The notes under the pieces were generated by a model. It was not told the origin of the DNA, did no database searches, and saw only the letters and a list, made by a program, of their open reading frames with translations. From Naegleria gruberi (taxonomy: Eukaryota), in assembly GCA_000004985.1 (NCBI GenBank), contig GG738848.1: a stretch of DNA of 64,000 nucleotides; one strand, given 5' to 3'. The translations under genes were made by a program, and so were the position numbers. The first letter of the stretch is position 1, and every line of letters begins with the position of its first letter. Shown here in pieces: positions 23,003 through 34,449 of this stretch.

Positions 23003-23075
23003 TGGGGTCTGTGAGGATCGAACTCACGACCTTAGGATTATGAGACCTACGCGCTACCGACTGCGCCAAGACCCC
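23003..23075 (-). tRNA. tRNA-Met: Elongator tRNA-Met (CAU), copy 1 of 3 identical genes
   Basis: 73 nt GGGGTCTTGGCGCAGTCGGTAGCGCGTAGGTCTCATAATCCTAAGGTCGTGAGTTCGATCCTCACAGACCCCA. Perfect acceptor and T stems. U31-U39 as in metazoan elongator Met. Identical to 48226..48298 and 51541..51613. Confidence 0.85.
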
Positions 23076-23252
23076 GACACATTAACTTCTTAAATCGGAA
23101 TATATTGAAACCCTCGTAGCTAGTTTAGATATATTTCTTTTGCTCACATGATAATTTCCTATCCAATTCTTTTTCTTTTTTTCAAATAATCATCTCTCAG
23201 CCATTTTACTTTGTTGCTGTTGTGCATTTTCAAAATTGCCTTATTAAAAAAA

Positions 23253-25412
23253 ATGAAACAAAAGCAAAATGCTGGATCTTCCACAACAACGAACGGAGGT
23301 GATTTTCCAAGCCTTCTCTCTCACACTGGACTAATGTTCAACAAGGGAAGTATTTGGATGGGATTTCGGGTGAATGGAAAAACATTCTATGTTGCACCAT
23401 TGATGGAGGATCACCATACGGAAGGTGTTAATTTTCAAAAGATGGATATTTCCGCACCATCATCACGATTTTTATTACTTGATGATATTTCATCATACGG
23501 AGTGGAAAATACAGAAGAACAGAGGACTATTCTCTACAAGAAATTGAACAACTTTCTCTTGAATAATGAACAAGAAATTAAACAAAAACTTGTTAAATTT
23601 TGGGATGAGAATGTTTCACCTGCAAGGTTATTTTCATTGGATGAATTGATTGCTTGTTTGGATTTGGAGCATGAGAAGATTTGTTCCGAGATTGGAAAAG
23701 TCATTTTGCAATTCTCTACATTCTACATTCTTACAGACATGCCACACTTTGAAAAATCCAAGCATGAAATGACATTTAAATCAATTTCTAGAGAACAACT
23801 AAGAGAAAGTACATTAAAGCTAAAATTCACTCACCAAATTGATAATATAACCAAGGGAGATGTAAATATAATTTTGGACCAAGAGGAGCTTATGATTTTG
23901 AAATACAGACTTTTGGAGTGTTTGATGGTTCAATCAGAAAGCAAATATTGGCATGAATTTTGTAAATATATTATTCCTAAAAACAAGACTATGGAAGGAA
24001 AGGTCAAATTTTGGTTGCACCACTTGGGAGTAGAGATTAGTTTACCTGAAGCATTAATTCTCAAATCAAATGTCTTCCCAGCAGAGTTGAATGACCTTGT
24101 AATTAAGTGTATTCTCAAAGTTGCTGACCCAAAGGAGTTGCATCACAAAATGAAGGATATTGTTCACTATACTGGCTACAAGGAAAAGATTCCAGAATTC
24201 ACAAAGGATTGGAGATATTACGATAATGTAATAACAATTGATTCGGAAGGAACTATGGACATTGACGATGCCATTAGTATTTTGGAGAGTAATTCAGATA
24301 GCCTTAAGGTAGCTGTGCACATAACCAATGTCGGTCACTTCCTCTATGAATATCTTGGAGAGAGTGATATTAACAAATTATTCCAGCATCATCTCTTTAG
24401 AGAAGCATCTAGAAAAGTTACCTCTCACTACATCTGCCTCCCAAAGGATTCTCCTCTCTTTAGAACTACTGATAATCACGAGAGACCACTGACAGTATTC
24501 CCGATGTTGCCACCTTCATTATCTGAGGATTTGCTCTCTTTGAAAACTGGAGAAAAAGTTGCAATTACTTATGAGTTTGATATGAAAGTTGGAGAACCTC
24601 CAATCCTTATCAATATTCATCCTTCCAGAGTGAACATTATTGAAAATACTACCTATGAAAAAGTTGAAACTCTATTCGACAGTGATGAGAATTGGGAAAA
24701 ACTCTATCAATACTGTGCCCAGCTCCAAACAAGTCGTCTCACAAATCAGCAAGTGGACAGACCTTACATTGTTCCTCATCCATCTAGTAATACTACAAGT
24801 GATTTGATTATTTCATCACGTAGAAGTCTAAAAGGAAGTATTGTTATTGGAGAATGTGCAATTTTAGTAGGATCACTTGTAGGAGAATATTTCTCAAAGA
24901 ATAACATTCCTGCTATTGCCAAAGTTTTTGAAGATGGCTTAACTAGAATTAAAATAAGCAACGGCTATTTATCCTCTCCTTACATTCAACAAACCAGTCC
25001 AGTCAGAAGATTTATTGATACAATCAATCAAATTCAATTATATTTACACTTGACAAGACAGGCAATTCTATCTGAAAATCAATTAGAACTATTCAAGGAG
25101 AAAATTGATTCAGAGACTCATAAATCACAAGATGTGGAAGATGATACAATCATGTATTGGGTACTTTGTAATTTGTGGGAAAATTACAAATATGATGAAA
25201 ATCAAGCATCTCAACCAAAACATCTAACAGGAATAGTTGGAAAACCAAAAGAAGGTAATCATGTTAAAATCAAATTAGATAAGGAAAGATTTTGTTCATT
25301 CAAAATACTCTGCTCTAACATTGATCCCAGTCTTTTAGATACAACCATACATTTCTTAATCGATTCAATAGATTGGGAAGAGTTAACTGTTAAAATAAAG
25401 CAGTTTGATTAG
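23253..25412 (+). CDS. RNB-domain 3'-5' exoribonuclease (RNase II/DIS3-like)
   Basis: The track start 23211 is TTG and the first ATG is at 23253. RNB motifs ...TIDSEGTMDIDDAISI... and a downstream S1-like region. Confidence 0.7.
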   Translation: MKQKQNAGSSTTTNGGDFPSLLSHTGLMFNKGSIWMGFRVNGKTFYVAPLMEDHHTEGVNFQKMDISAPSSRFLLLDDISSYGVENTEEQRTILYKKLNNFLLNNEQEIKQKLVKFWDENVSPARLFSLDELIACLDLEHEKICSEIGKVILQFSTFYILTDMPHFEKSKHEMTFKSISREQLRESTLKLKFTHQIDNITKGDVNIILDQEELMILKYRLLECLMVQSESKYWHEFCKYIIPKNKTMEGKVKFWLHHLGVEISLPEALILKSNVFPAELNDLVIKCILKVADPKELHHKMKDIVHYTGYKEKIPEFTKDWRYYDNVITIDSEGTMDIDDAISILESNSDSLKVAVHITNVGHFLYEYLGESDINKLFQHHLFREASRKVTSHYICLPKDSPLFRTTDNHERPLTVFPMLPPSLSEDLLSLKTGEKVAITYEFDMKVGEPPILINIHPSRVNIIENTTYEKVETLFDSDENWEKLYQYCAQLQTSRLTNQQVDRPYIVPHPSSNTTSDLIISSRRSLKGSIVIGECAILVGSLVGEYFSKNNIPAIAKVFEDGLTRIKISNGYLSSPYIQQTSPVRRFIDTINQIQLYLHLTRQAILSENQLELFKEKIDSETHKSQDVEDDTIMYWVLCNLWENYKYDENQASQPKHLTGIVGKPKEGNHVKIKLDKERFCSFKILCSNIDPSLLDTTIHFLIDSIDWEELTVKIKQFD

Positions 25413-25615
25413 TAATTGGACACAATTGGAGAATTTCAGTTTTTACAAGAGTTTACTTTTACATGAGTTTACAATAAACATTATAAGAGATCAACGGATC
25501 AACCGATTTGAGAATGGTAAAGTTATCAATTTACTTTTTCATTTCCAATGGCACCTTTCTTTATTTACACATTTCCCATTTATTACTCCAAACCTTTCTT
25601 CTACAAACCAAAAAA

Positions 25616-26782
25616 ATGATTGGAAATCCAAATCCCAATCACTCTGATTCTCCTCCAACAACAACTACCAATTACTATTCAACAATAAATTCAAACTCTG
25701 ACAAGGAATCTTCATCATGCTCCAATAACAATTCGAATAGAAACTATTTGGAATCTATTCAAGCATCCAATGATATGTATCTTGTCCTATTTAAACAAGG
25801 ACTCTACTCCAACTCAACCATTACAATCAATAATGTGCAATATAAGGTTCATCGAGAGATTTTAATGGCCACGAGTGGATTATTCAGTGGTTACTTTTCT
25901 GGAGAGTTTGATGTTGATACTCAGTGGAATATTGAGGTTAAAGATTTGTTTGATGAGATTGCTTCTGTGGAAATGATTGATTTGGTCTTCAAGATTATGT
26001 ATAATAGTTATTGTAACTTTTGTAATGTTGTGGGAAAGAATGATTTTAGTGTTTCGTCTGATATTACAAGAGAAAATCTATTGGAAAGATTGAATTTACA
26101 TTACATTCTCAAATTCTTTTGTTATAATTGTATTGATGAGTATGATCCACATTTGGACAGATTAAAAGATGATTTCCAAAAACTATTCGAAAGATTGCAC
26201 ATTACCTACTCTATCATTCATAACAAGACAAAAATGAATTGGAAAGAAACCTTCCCAACAAGAAACATTGAAGAATCGGTTTATCTACTCAATCGTTACT
26301 TGGAAATCTTTCGAGATAAATCAGTCGAAAGAATGATCAAGTTCGATTCCAAGATTATCATCTATAATGGATTGAGATATAGCCATGGAGATAACGACTT
26401 TTGGATTGCCTACTTGTATCTCAATGTAATGGCTCCAATATTTGGTCAATCAATGAGCAGTAATCCAATTCTTAGAAAAGTTAAGAGAATTCCACATTTA
26501 GATTTAATTTGCTTTAGAAATTTATTATCCATGGACGAAAGTTATTTATTCCTTGCTCCATTAATTGATTTTGATAGTGAAATATTGAGAAATATTGTAA
26601 ATAAGAATGAATTCAATCGTTACAATGAAGATGAAATGAAACAAGCAGAAATTCAAATGGTCACTGATTGTCACATCAACTTTCCACATTCAATTTCACA
26701 TTATTTACTTTCTCTCTTCTTTTCCTCAAGCTTGGTTTTGAAAAATATGCAAAAATCACCTTCTAAAACATCTCTTCCATAA
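25616..26782 (+). CDS. BTB/POZ-domain protein
   Basis: BTB signature NNVQYKVHREILMATSGLFSGYF. The track start 25508 is TTG. In-frame ATGs are at 25514 and 25616 (the latter after an A-run). The start choice is uncertain. Confidence 0.55.
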   Translation: MIGNPNPNHSDSPPTTTTNYYSTINSNSDKESSSCSNNNSNRNYLESIQASNDMYLVLFKQGLYSNSTITINNVQYKVHREILMATSGLFSGYFSGEFDVDTQWNIEVKDLFDEIASVEMIDLVFKIMYNSYCNFCNVVGKNDFSVSSDITRENLLERLNLHYILKFFCYNCIDEYDPHLDRLKDDFQKLFERLHITYSIIHNKTKMNWKETFPTRNIEESVYLLNRYLEIFRDKSVERMIKFDSKIIIYNGLRYSHGDNDFWIAYLYLNVMAPIFGQSMSSNPILRKVKRIPHLDLICFRNLLSMDESYLFLAPLIDFDSEILRNIVNKNEFNRYNEDEMKQAEIQMVTDCHINFPHSISHYLLSLFFSSSLVLKNMQKSPSKTSLP

Positions 26783-26799
26783 GAATCTAATATTTATTA

Positions 26800-29694
26800 T
26801 TACTTGAGATATTTGTTAATCTTGGTACAGAGTTTTGTGGCAACTGACATTATACTCAATTCGACGCTACCTCCATAACACTTGTTATATTGACAGCTAT
26901 TTCCATAATAAAAGGAGTTACATGAACAAGTATTCAGATTAATGCAAGATCCAACTCCATTACAAACATTACTAGCATTGGATGCAATTCCAAAACATTG
27001 ATAATTTTCACACATTGAACCACTATATCCAGTATTGCATTGGCAATTATTCATTGATTTACAAATACCCCTTCCTCCACAAACAGTTGTCTGATTGGAA
27101 AATGTTCCATTACATGTGAAAACTTCACAATTGTCACCATAATATCCAGTAATGCAGGTACATGTTCCAGATTGCTGGCATACGCCATTTCCTGAGCAAA
27201 CACTTGCATTGGTTGAGGCAATTCCTCCACAATACCAATCAGATTTGGCCAAAGCAGATGCAAATGATCTTCCAGGAGCAATCATGTAGGGCACGAGTCC
27301 TTCAAAGTGAGATTTCGTATAGAGTAATGATGGTGAGCTAACATAGGAAGTTCCTTCCAATAAAGAAGTTTGATAGTACTCATTTTCTCCCATAGCATAA
27401 ACATTACCTGACTTGGTAATGAAATAATAAGCAGTATGGCTTGCAAATATGTCAACTACAATTTCTGGAATATTAAGAATCAGTCCACCATTTTTAAACA
27501 TGGTCACTGAGCCATCAGTTCTCAAAGCAATCACATGTGAACCAACTGCAAGCTTCCTAACGGGATATGAATAATCCAAGTTGATCAATGTTAATGTTGA
27601 TAAGAAGTTAGCTGTTCCTGTTGTTATTTCATTCTTTTGATTGATTCCACATCCATATACAGTTCCATTTTGAGTTAAAATGAATGTCAACTTGTGTCCA
27701 GCATAAATTTCTTGAATAGTATGTCCATCATTAGTGAGTGAGGTCAAATCAACGCTTGTGATTGAGGTGGCTGAAGTGGAATATCCTGGAATTTGCCCTT
27801 CATAACTTGCACCAACTAAGTTACAAAATTATGTGAAATTTAAAATTTCAAATTCTTAACACAACTTACCAGCAAAAAGCATACCATTACGAAGAAGGAA
27901 CAATGAATGATCATAACCTGCAGCTACAGACTTGATTGGATATGGAAGATCTCCATAAAGATTCAAATTAATAAGACTTGTCGAAGTAGAAGTACCACCA
28001 TCTCCCAATTGATAATTATATCCAGCTCCATAAGAGTACCCTTGTCCACTAATTCTGTCCATAATCAATACATGAGAATCTGTAAGGGCAAAATCAGTGA
28101 AATTTTGATTCAAGAAAACAGATGAATCTATTGATGTCACATCAAATACAGGAATAAACAATGCTTTTTGTGACAGATCCATACCATTGGTACAATTACC
28201 CCATAATTTGTTGTTAAATGTTGGATATTGAGTGTCCAATAGAAGTGTACATCCATAACCTGCCTTAATTTGAGGATTATTTCCTAAAATTGCTGCAGCT
28301 GTTATCTTTGTTGGTTTTTGAACTATCTTAGGATCTCCAATACATGATTGGCCAAGATTGTTAGCTCCAAAATAGTACCATCCATCACTTGCAATAATGT
28401 ATCCATTATTGGTTAACAAAGAAGCTTTCAAAACAGTAAACCCTCCTGAAATAGTTTGAAATCCACTATTTTCTGTTCCCTTTTCCTCTGAATATCCCCA
28501 TGAATAGACATTATTCTGATCATCTATACACATAGAGGCATATCTAGAACATGAACAATCCACTATTGGATTAGTAAATAAATAGGTCAAATTAAGTGGA
28601 GCAGTAACTGTATAAACTGAAGTTGGATCCACTTGCCCATAACCATTTCCTCCAAATCCATAAACTCTATGTTGATCTGTCAGTACCAAAACATGCTGAT
28701 TTCCATAACATGTCTTGATCACTTTTCCATCAATGGCTGGTATTGGAACTTGAACTGGAGTTGAATATGGAGCATCATCAATTCCTGATCCAAATCCATT
28801 AGAATTCATGCCCATCATGTACATTTTACCATCAGTATCTACAAATGTCACTGATGTTTTACTGGCAAGATAGGTCAACATGACATAATCTGCCAAACCA
28901 TTAATATATGTAACATTCTTAATGGATGCAATAATTTGAGGAGTCCATGTGATGAGTGAATCATCTCCATAACCTCTAGTTCCATAATTGTAATATCCCC
29001 ACGAATGAACAAATCCACCTGTGGTGAGAACAAACATTGTCTCTCCTTTTTTGAGATCTCCAGCCACTGCAACCATCTTACATTTGTAATCACTTGGATC
29101 GAGCTCATTTGATGGAAGAGTTACCAAACTCCACTCCTTACTAGTTCCATTCTTCCAATAAACACTACCATCACTCAAACAAGCCAAACAAGAGATGGCA
29201 CACTGAATGTGTGAAATGTTTTTTGAGGTCATTGGATTGTAAACTCTCTGATCAGTTCTGTAAACATAAATTGATTGTAATTCCGAGCTCATAAAAGGTG
29301 GAGCTTGCTCATGAATTCCAGAAACTCCATTCTGATTATTTCCACATGTGAAAATGTGTTGTCCAAGAAAAGAATTCGTTACGTTATTGTAAAAATTAAC
29401 AACATAATAATTGTAAAAGTATCCATTGATAATGTGAGGAAGATCAAGAGTTACTCCACTCGTTGATCCGAAGGCTTTCTGATAGGATTCCTCTGGATTC
29501 GTTTGAAACATCCTGGTTAAATAGGAATTATAAAGAGGATACAATGTTGATTCTTTCAGTGCAGTTGCTCTTTGACCAGCTTCTCCAAAGTTATTCTTTC
29601 CCCATGAAAATACTTGTGATGATGCAACAAGTTTCGTTAGCAATAACAAACACAGACAGATGGCAACGTATTTCAATAGTTGTTTGAGTGACAT
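26800..29694 (-). CDS. Secreted RCC1-repeat (beta-propeller) protein with C-terminal EGF-like cysteine-rich repeats, complement(join(26800..27815,27870..29694))
   Basis: ATG at 29694 followed by signal peptide LLKYVAICLCLLLLTKLVASS. Repeated GxGxxGQLG-like RCC1 blades. GTAAGT donor (RC of acttac 27865-27870). A tag acceptor at 27816-27818 restores the frame (54-nt intron). The C-terminal exon has about five CxCxxGxxGxxC EGF-like modules. Confidence 0.65.
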
Positions 29695-29803
29695 TTTTTT
29701 AACCGTGTCTGTTGGTTAGATTATACTCCTAAAACGGAATGGTTTACTTTGTTCCCAAGTTCTTCTTAAATTGAGCTACTTGTTTATATTTTACAATTGA
29801 TAT

Positions 29804-30727
29804 TTAGAATTTAGGTTTAACTCCATGTTGTTGTTTTAAATCCAATAAATCTTCTCTCAATTCTTTGATCACTTGTGGATTTGAGTTGGCTATCATATAT
29901 ACATATTGTTTCATTACTCCAGTTTCTGGATCGATTGTGGTAACGGCATCTCTTTTCATTCTTTCACTTGCAGTTCTCAAAAGTCCAAAATCTTGATATT
30001 TAACTCTTGCCTTAACTTCATTTGAATTATAATTCAAAAACTTTAAAGTGAAACGATCAGCCATGTCAGTTCTATTCAATAAGAAACTCTTCCAGAAAAA
30101 TCCAGCCAAAGGCATGTGAACCTTGAATCCCAATTCATTATCGAGAATTAAATTTCTAAAATCTGTAATTGTATCAACAACATTTCCAGAATCATCAAAT
30201 AAATAAAGAACCTTATTCTTACTATCATATTCCAATTTGGTAAGGACACAAATTTTGTGATTAATATTATTAACATGTGATGAATAACTCAGGTAGGAAC
30301 TTCCCATTAACCACAAACAACAAATGAACCAATTTACATTAATATCCAATTCATAGATTGTATAAAGCATTCCTGTGGTTGCCAAGGCATTCAAAATGTG
30401 AGTCTTATTAATTTGATAGGGTTGGATTATGAATCTGTGTACCAGATTATTATATTTTGAATTGTAGAGAATGATTGATTGATTTTCTGTAGTGCTACTA
30501 TTGGCTTCATCTGTACTGTTCTCTGATGAGGTTGCTTCTGATGTTGTTGTTCTTTTAAAAAGGCTTGAAACGAAATTTCCTCTCTGATTAGTATTTAACA
30601 TCATGCTTCCTCCAGAGATTAGCATTGATTTATAATTACTTCCCAAGAGATTTATCTTCCGAAGTGTTGTTGATGCCGATGACGATGATCGCAACGATGA
30701 ATAAACCAAAGATGAAATTCTTCTCAT
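29804..30727 (-). CDS. Hypothetical protein with a presequence-like N-terminus (possibly mitochondrial)
   Basis: ORF 29804..30736. The track start is GTG and the ATG is at 30727. Ser/Arg-rich N-terminus. No domain recognised. Confidence 0.4.
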   Translation of the reverse strand: MRRISSLVYSSLRSSSSASTTLRKINLLGSNYKSMLISGGSMMLNTNQRGNFVSSLFKRTTTSEATSSENSTDEANSSTTENQSIILYNSKYNNLVHRFIIQPYQINKTHILNALATTGMLYTIYELDINVNWFICCLWLMGSSYLSYSSHVNNINHKICVLTKLEYDSKNKVLYLFDDSGNVVDTITDFRNLILDNELGFKVHMPLAGFFWKSFLLNRTDMADRFTLKFLNYNSNEVKARVKYQDFGLLRTASERMKRDAVTTIDPETGVMKQYVYMIANSNPQVIKELREDLLDLKQQHGVKPKF

Positions 30728-31468
30728 TTTGTTCACTTGATTTTTTTTAAGCTTGGAAAATTAATTTTGATTGTTTTTTCTTTTTTAAAATGATTTTGAC
30801 CATCTTTTTGATAGGTTTGATAGGTAGGACAAGGAATGGTTGATTAGTGGAAGAGTTACAAGTGTGAAAAGGTTAGTTTTAGTATTATCTAATACCTCGG
30901 ATGGTGTGCAAGAAATTCACATGATTTTTTCCAGTTGGTTGTATTGAAAATTATTAGCTAGTGTCATTATCTTTGCTGACATTCCCTAAAAGGAAATATG
31001 GCTCGTGTTATTGAATATTCTTTTCTTTGATAACGGACGAAGTGTAACACAAGAATTTTGAACGCCCTGAAGTCCAGATGAACCATCCATAATGTTCTCT
31101 GTTCTTCCTCTTCCTTGCCTCACCCATCTGCCAACCATCAAATTGACATTAAAACAAAAACCAACCCACTCACTCCATCATACGAGATAAGATCTAATAC
31201 TCCATACCAATTAGACTTTCCAGTGAGACAATTCTGTCAAAACAACTCTTCTTCACAGTCATCGATTGTCATCAAATCACAAAGAAAAAAAAAATTTCAA
31301 GTGTCGTTGCTGTCATCGACAACGAAAAACTTTCACTCTCTCTCTTTTTATTGAAATAATATAACTTTTCTCACTCCCTCTCGATCGACAAATTCTAACG
31401 ACGAACAACATCACCCACAGTATAATACTTAAATACCAAGTTGACTTTTTTAATACTCCTTTTACAAT

Positions 31469-34344
31469 ATGAGTAAAACCTACGATAAGGAAAAGAGAAA
31501 AAAAATCTTTGATGAAATTATTGATACTGAAGAGAAGTATTTACTTTCATTGGAGACGCTGAATAAGGTTTGTTTTTTCCGCATCAAATTCTTTTAATGA
31601 TGTTGATGGTGATGATAATTTTTATTATTGTTGTTGTATTTAATATTTAATTATTGTTGTATTAATGATGATGATGATGTTTTTTATTGTTGTTGTTGTT
31701 GTTGCTATATTATAATGATGATAATGATGGAAACTAACTCTCCGTAAAATTGTTGAAACTTTACAATATTAAATACTATTATATATAATATAATAACAAT
31801 TATTACAACGACGTGATATAGAATTATATTGTACCATTAAAAAAGAACAAGTACTTGAAATTTGGTAGAGAACTCAACTCTATTGTATCCAATCTGACAG
31901 TTATTGTCAATTTTAATAATCACTTGCTTTCTAAACTAAAACAAACGAATGAAGACGATATTGGTAAAACTTTCCAAATGATAATTCCCTTCCTAAAGAC
32001 CTACACCCAGTACTTTAGTAATTATGAAGCAGCATTGAATAGTATTAGGGAGGCAGATAAAAATCCAAAAAACAAACGATTTTCTGAATGGTTGAAAAAG
32101 ACTGATGATCGTGCTAAGGAACAGGGTCAACAAACTTTTAAACAATTATTGATTCAACCTGTTCAACGTATTCCAGTATGTTTTTTATTATATTCATTTC
32201 AGTTTTTAATAACTAACTCATACTCATTTAAATATATATTTAATTGTAAATCATATTCATTTAAATATTTGCATACATGTAAATGATTTGATTTGCCACA
32301 TTGTAACTTGTTAATAATTCTATCAAATGCAACTCTGTGAAATGTTGATATATCTATTCGAATGTATTAAATACAGCGTTACAATTTACTTTTATCGGAA
32401 GTTTTGAAGAATACACCAAAAACTCATGTCGATTATGAAAATTTGAGAAGTGCATCAGATAAGATGAAAGAAGTTGCAGATCACTTGAATAGACAAATTA
32501 CAGAAATTGAAAATAGAAACAAACTAATCAAATTGAAAGAAATTTTCGTTTTGAATAACACAGGCAAAGGTGTCATGACTAATATCGTTGAACCTCATCG
32601 TAAATATGTATTTGAAGGAGAGTTACATGTTTTGAGTGAAACTTCATCTATTAACAAGCAGAAGCATTACTTTTTCTTATTTAGTGATATTATGGTTTGT
32701 TGTAAGGAAGTTCCAGAAGAATTAAAGAGGAAATTAATTGAAGAAAAAAAGGCAGCTCAACAAAGTCAAGCTAATTCGAAAAAACTTGGAGGTCTCAAAA
32801 TATTTTCACGTAAATCGGATGCTGGTAACTCAGATACTGACCATAATCAATTTGGTGCATTTGATGATGATGAAAACGAAATTCCAGATCATTTCTATAC
32901 TATAACATTTACAATCAAATTTACTGATAAAATTGGAACGGGTAATACACCTGTCAGTTCACCAATGATGGCTGCCTCCACTCCAACAAGTCCTTCAATG
33001 GAAAGCTCAACCAACGTTGAAGAAATATGGGTCCGTGACTTTTCATTCATGGAAGGACGAAATTTCCAATTCCCAAATATTTTCCAATTGATAACAGGAA
33101 CTGAAACTTATACATTTGAATCAACTGATGCCAAGTCACGTGAGAAATGGGTTAACCATTTGAATAATACTTTGGATGAATTGAAAAAGAAGAAGAAAGA
33201 CACAACCAAAGATCGTGCAAAGGCAAAAGGTTTTCCAGTTGTTATGGTCAACTCGGCAGCTCTTGTTATTCAAGCTCTTGCTCGTGGTAAATTAACAAGA
33301 GGCAAGAAGGGAGACGTTGAAAATAGATTCAAACCTAGAAAGAAGACCACTAAGTTGAACACTAATCCATTAGGTGCTACTTCTCCATCTTCACCTACAG
33401 CTGATTCTATACCTACTGGACCTGTCACAATTGACCATACTGATGTTAATGTGACTGCTCCACCAGAAAAATCACCTAGACCAGTTGAAGAACCAATTGC
33501 AAAAGTTGAAGAACCAGTCACCAAACCAATTACACCACGTGTCATTGATGAAAATCCATCTCAAGAACCAACTAGTGTTATTGATGCTGCCACTATTCCA
33601 CCACAAACAAATGTCGTAGAAGAACCACAAGAAACATCAAAACCAGTAGAAGAACCAAAGCAAGTTGAAGTTGAAAAGCCAGTGGAAGAACCAATTGTGG
33701 AGAAACCAACAGAACCAGTTACAGAGCCATACGAGGACAATACTTCTACCACAACAACAGAAGAGGAACCAAAACCTGTTGAACCTGAAGTTGTGGATTC
33801 AGCAACAGTCGAAGAACCAAAGGTCAAGCAACCTGAAATTGAGGAACCAAAGCAACAAGTTGATCCAGGTATTACAACAACAATTGAAGAACCTGAAGAT
33901 GAAGAACCTGCCACACAGACAACTCCTGAATCAACCAATAATGATGCCATTAAGAAATCTCCTCGTGAATCCATCTCTGACGGTCTGAGATCACCTCTCT
34001 CCAGTCCAAGACTTTACAGAAAGGACAGTAATGAGGAATTCAAATCACCAACCAAAGAAGAAGATGAAGAAGTATACTTTGATGAGGAAGGAAATGTCTT
34101 ACCACCTTGGAAGGTTGAACTCATGAAGAAATTCAAAAAGTCAGGCAAATTCAATGCCATTCTTGCTCAACAAAATGATAACAAGAAGGTTGAAAAGAAG
34201 ATTGACATGCCAAATAAGAAGTTGCAATTAAATGCAATTCGTTCCATGTTTGAGGAGAAGGATAAACTTGCCAAAGAAGAAATGCACACTTTACGAAAGG
34301 CAAAGGAAAGTCCACAAAATACTTCATCTTCCTCTTTGAAATAA
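31469..34344 (+). CDS. RhoGEF (DH-PH) with IQ motif and Pro/Glu/Val/Lys-rich repeat tail, join(31469..31567,31822..32175,32377..34344)
   Basis: Exon 1 (MSKTYDKEKRKKIFDEIIDTEEKYLLSLETLNK) ends at a GTTTGT donor. A 254-nt intron ends with tag at 31819-31821. Exon 2 ends ...LLIQPVQRIP at a GTATGT donor at 32176. The acag acceptor at 32376 gives RYNLLLSEVLK, completing the DH signature QRIPRYxLLL. PH domain follows. IQ-like ALVIQALARGKLTRGKKG. EEP(K/V)-rich repeats. Confidence 0.75.
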
Positions 34345-34449
34345 ATGTTTATTACAATTTTAAAATAATTCAATGTAATATATTCTAATATTAGTCTTTG
34401 ATGATTCAAGAACCAATACTATTTGTAATAGTGTTCATTGAATTTACAA

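Noticed and set aside
30737-31468. Pyrimidine-rich block with a small inverted repeat (GTCGTTG...CAACGA) between the divergent genes at 30727 and 31469
   Set aside because: Only a 6-bp stem with a 10-nt loop. Consistent with ordinary promoter or 5'UTR sequence. No support for a structured RNA.
33561-33974. G/S/T-rich 137-aa ORF on the minus strand
   Set aside because: Antisense to the Glu/Pro-rich RhoGEF tail; a compositional artefact.
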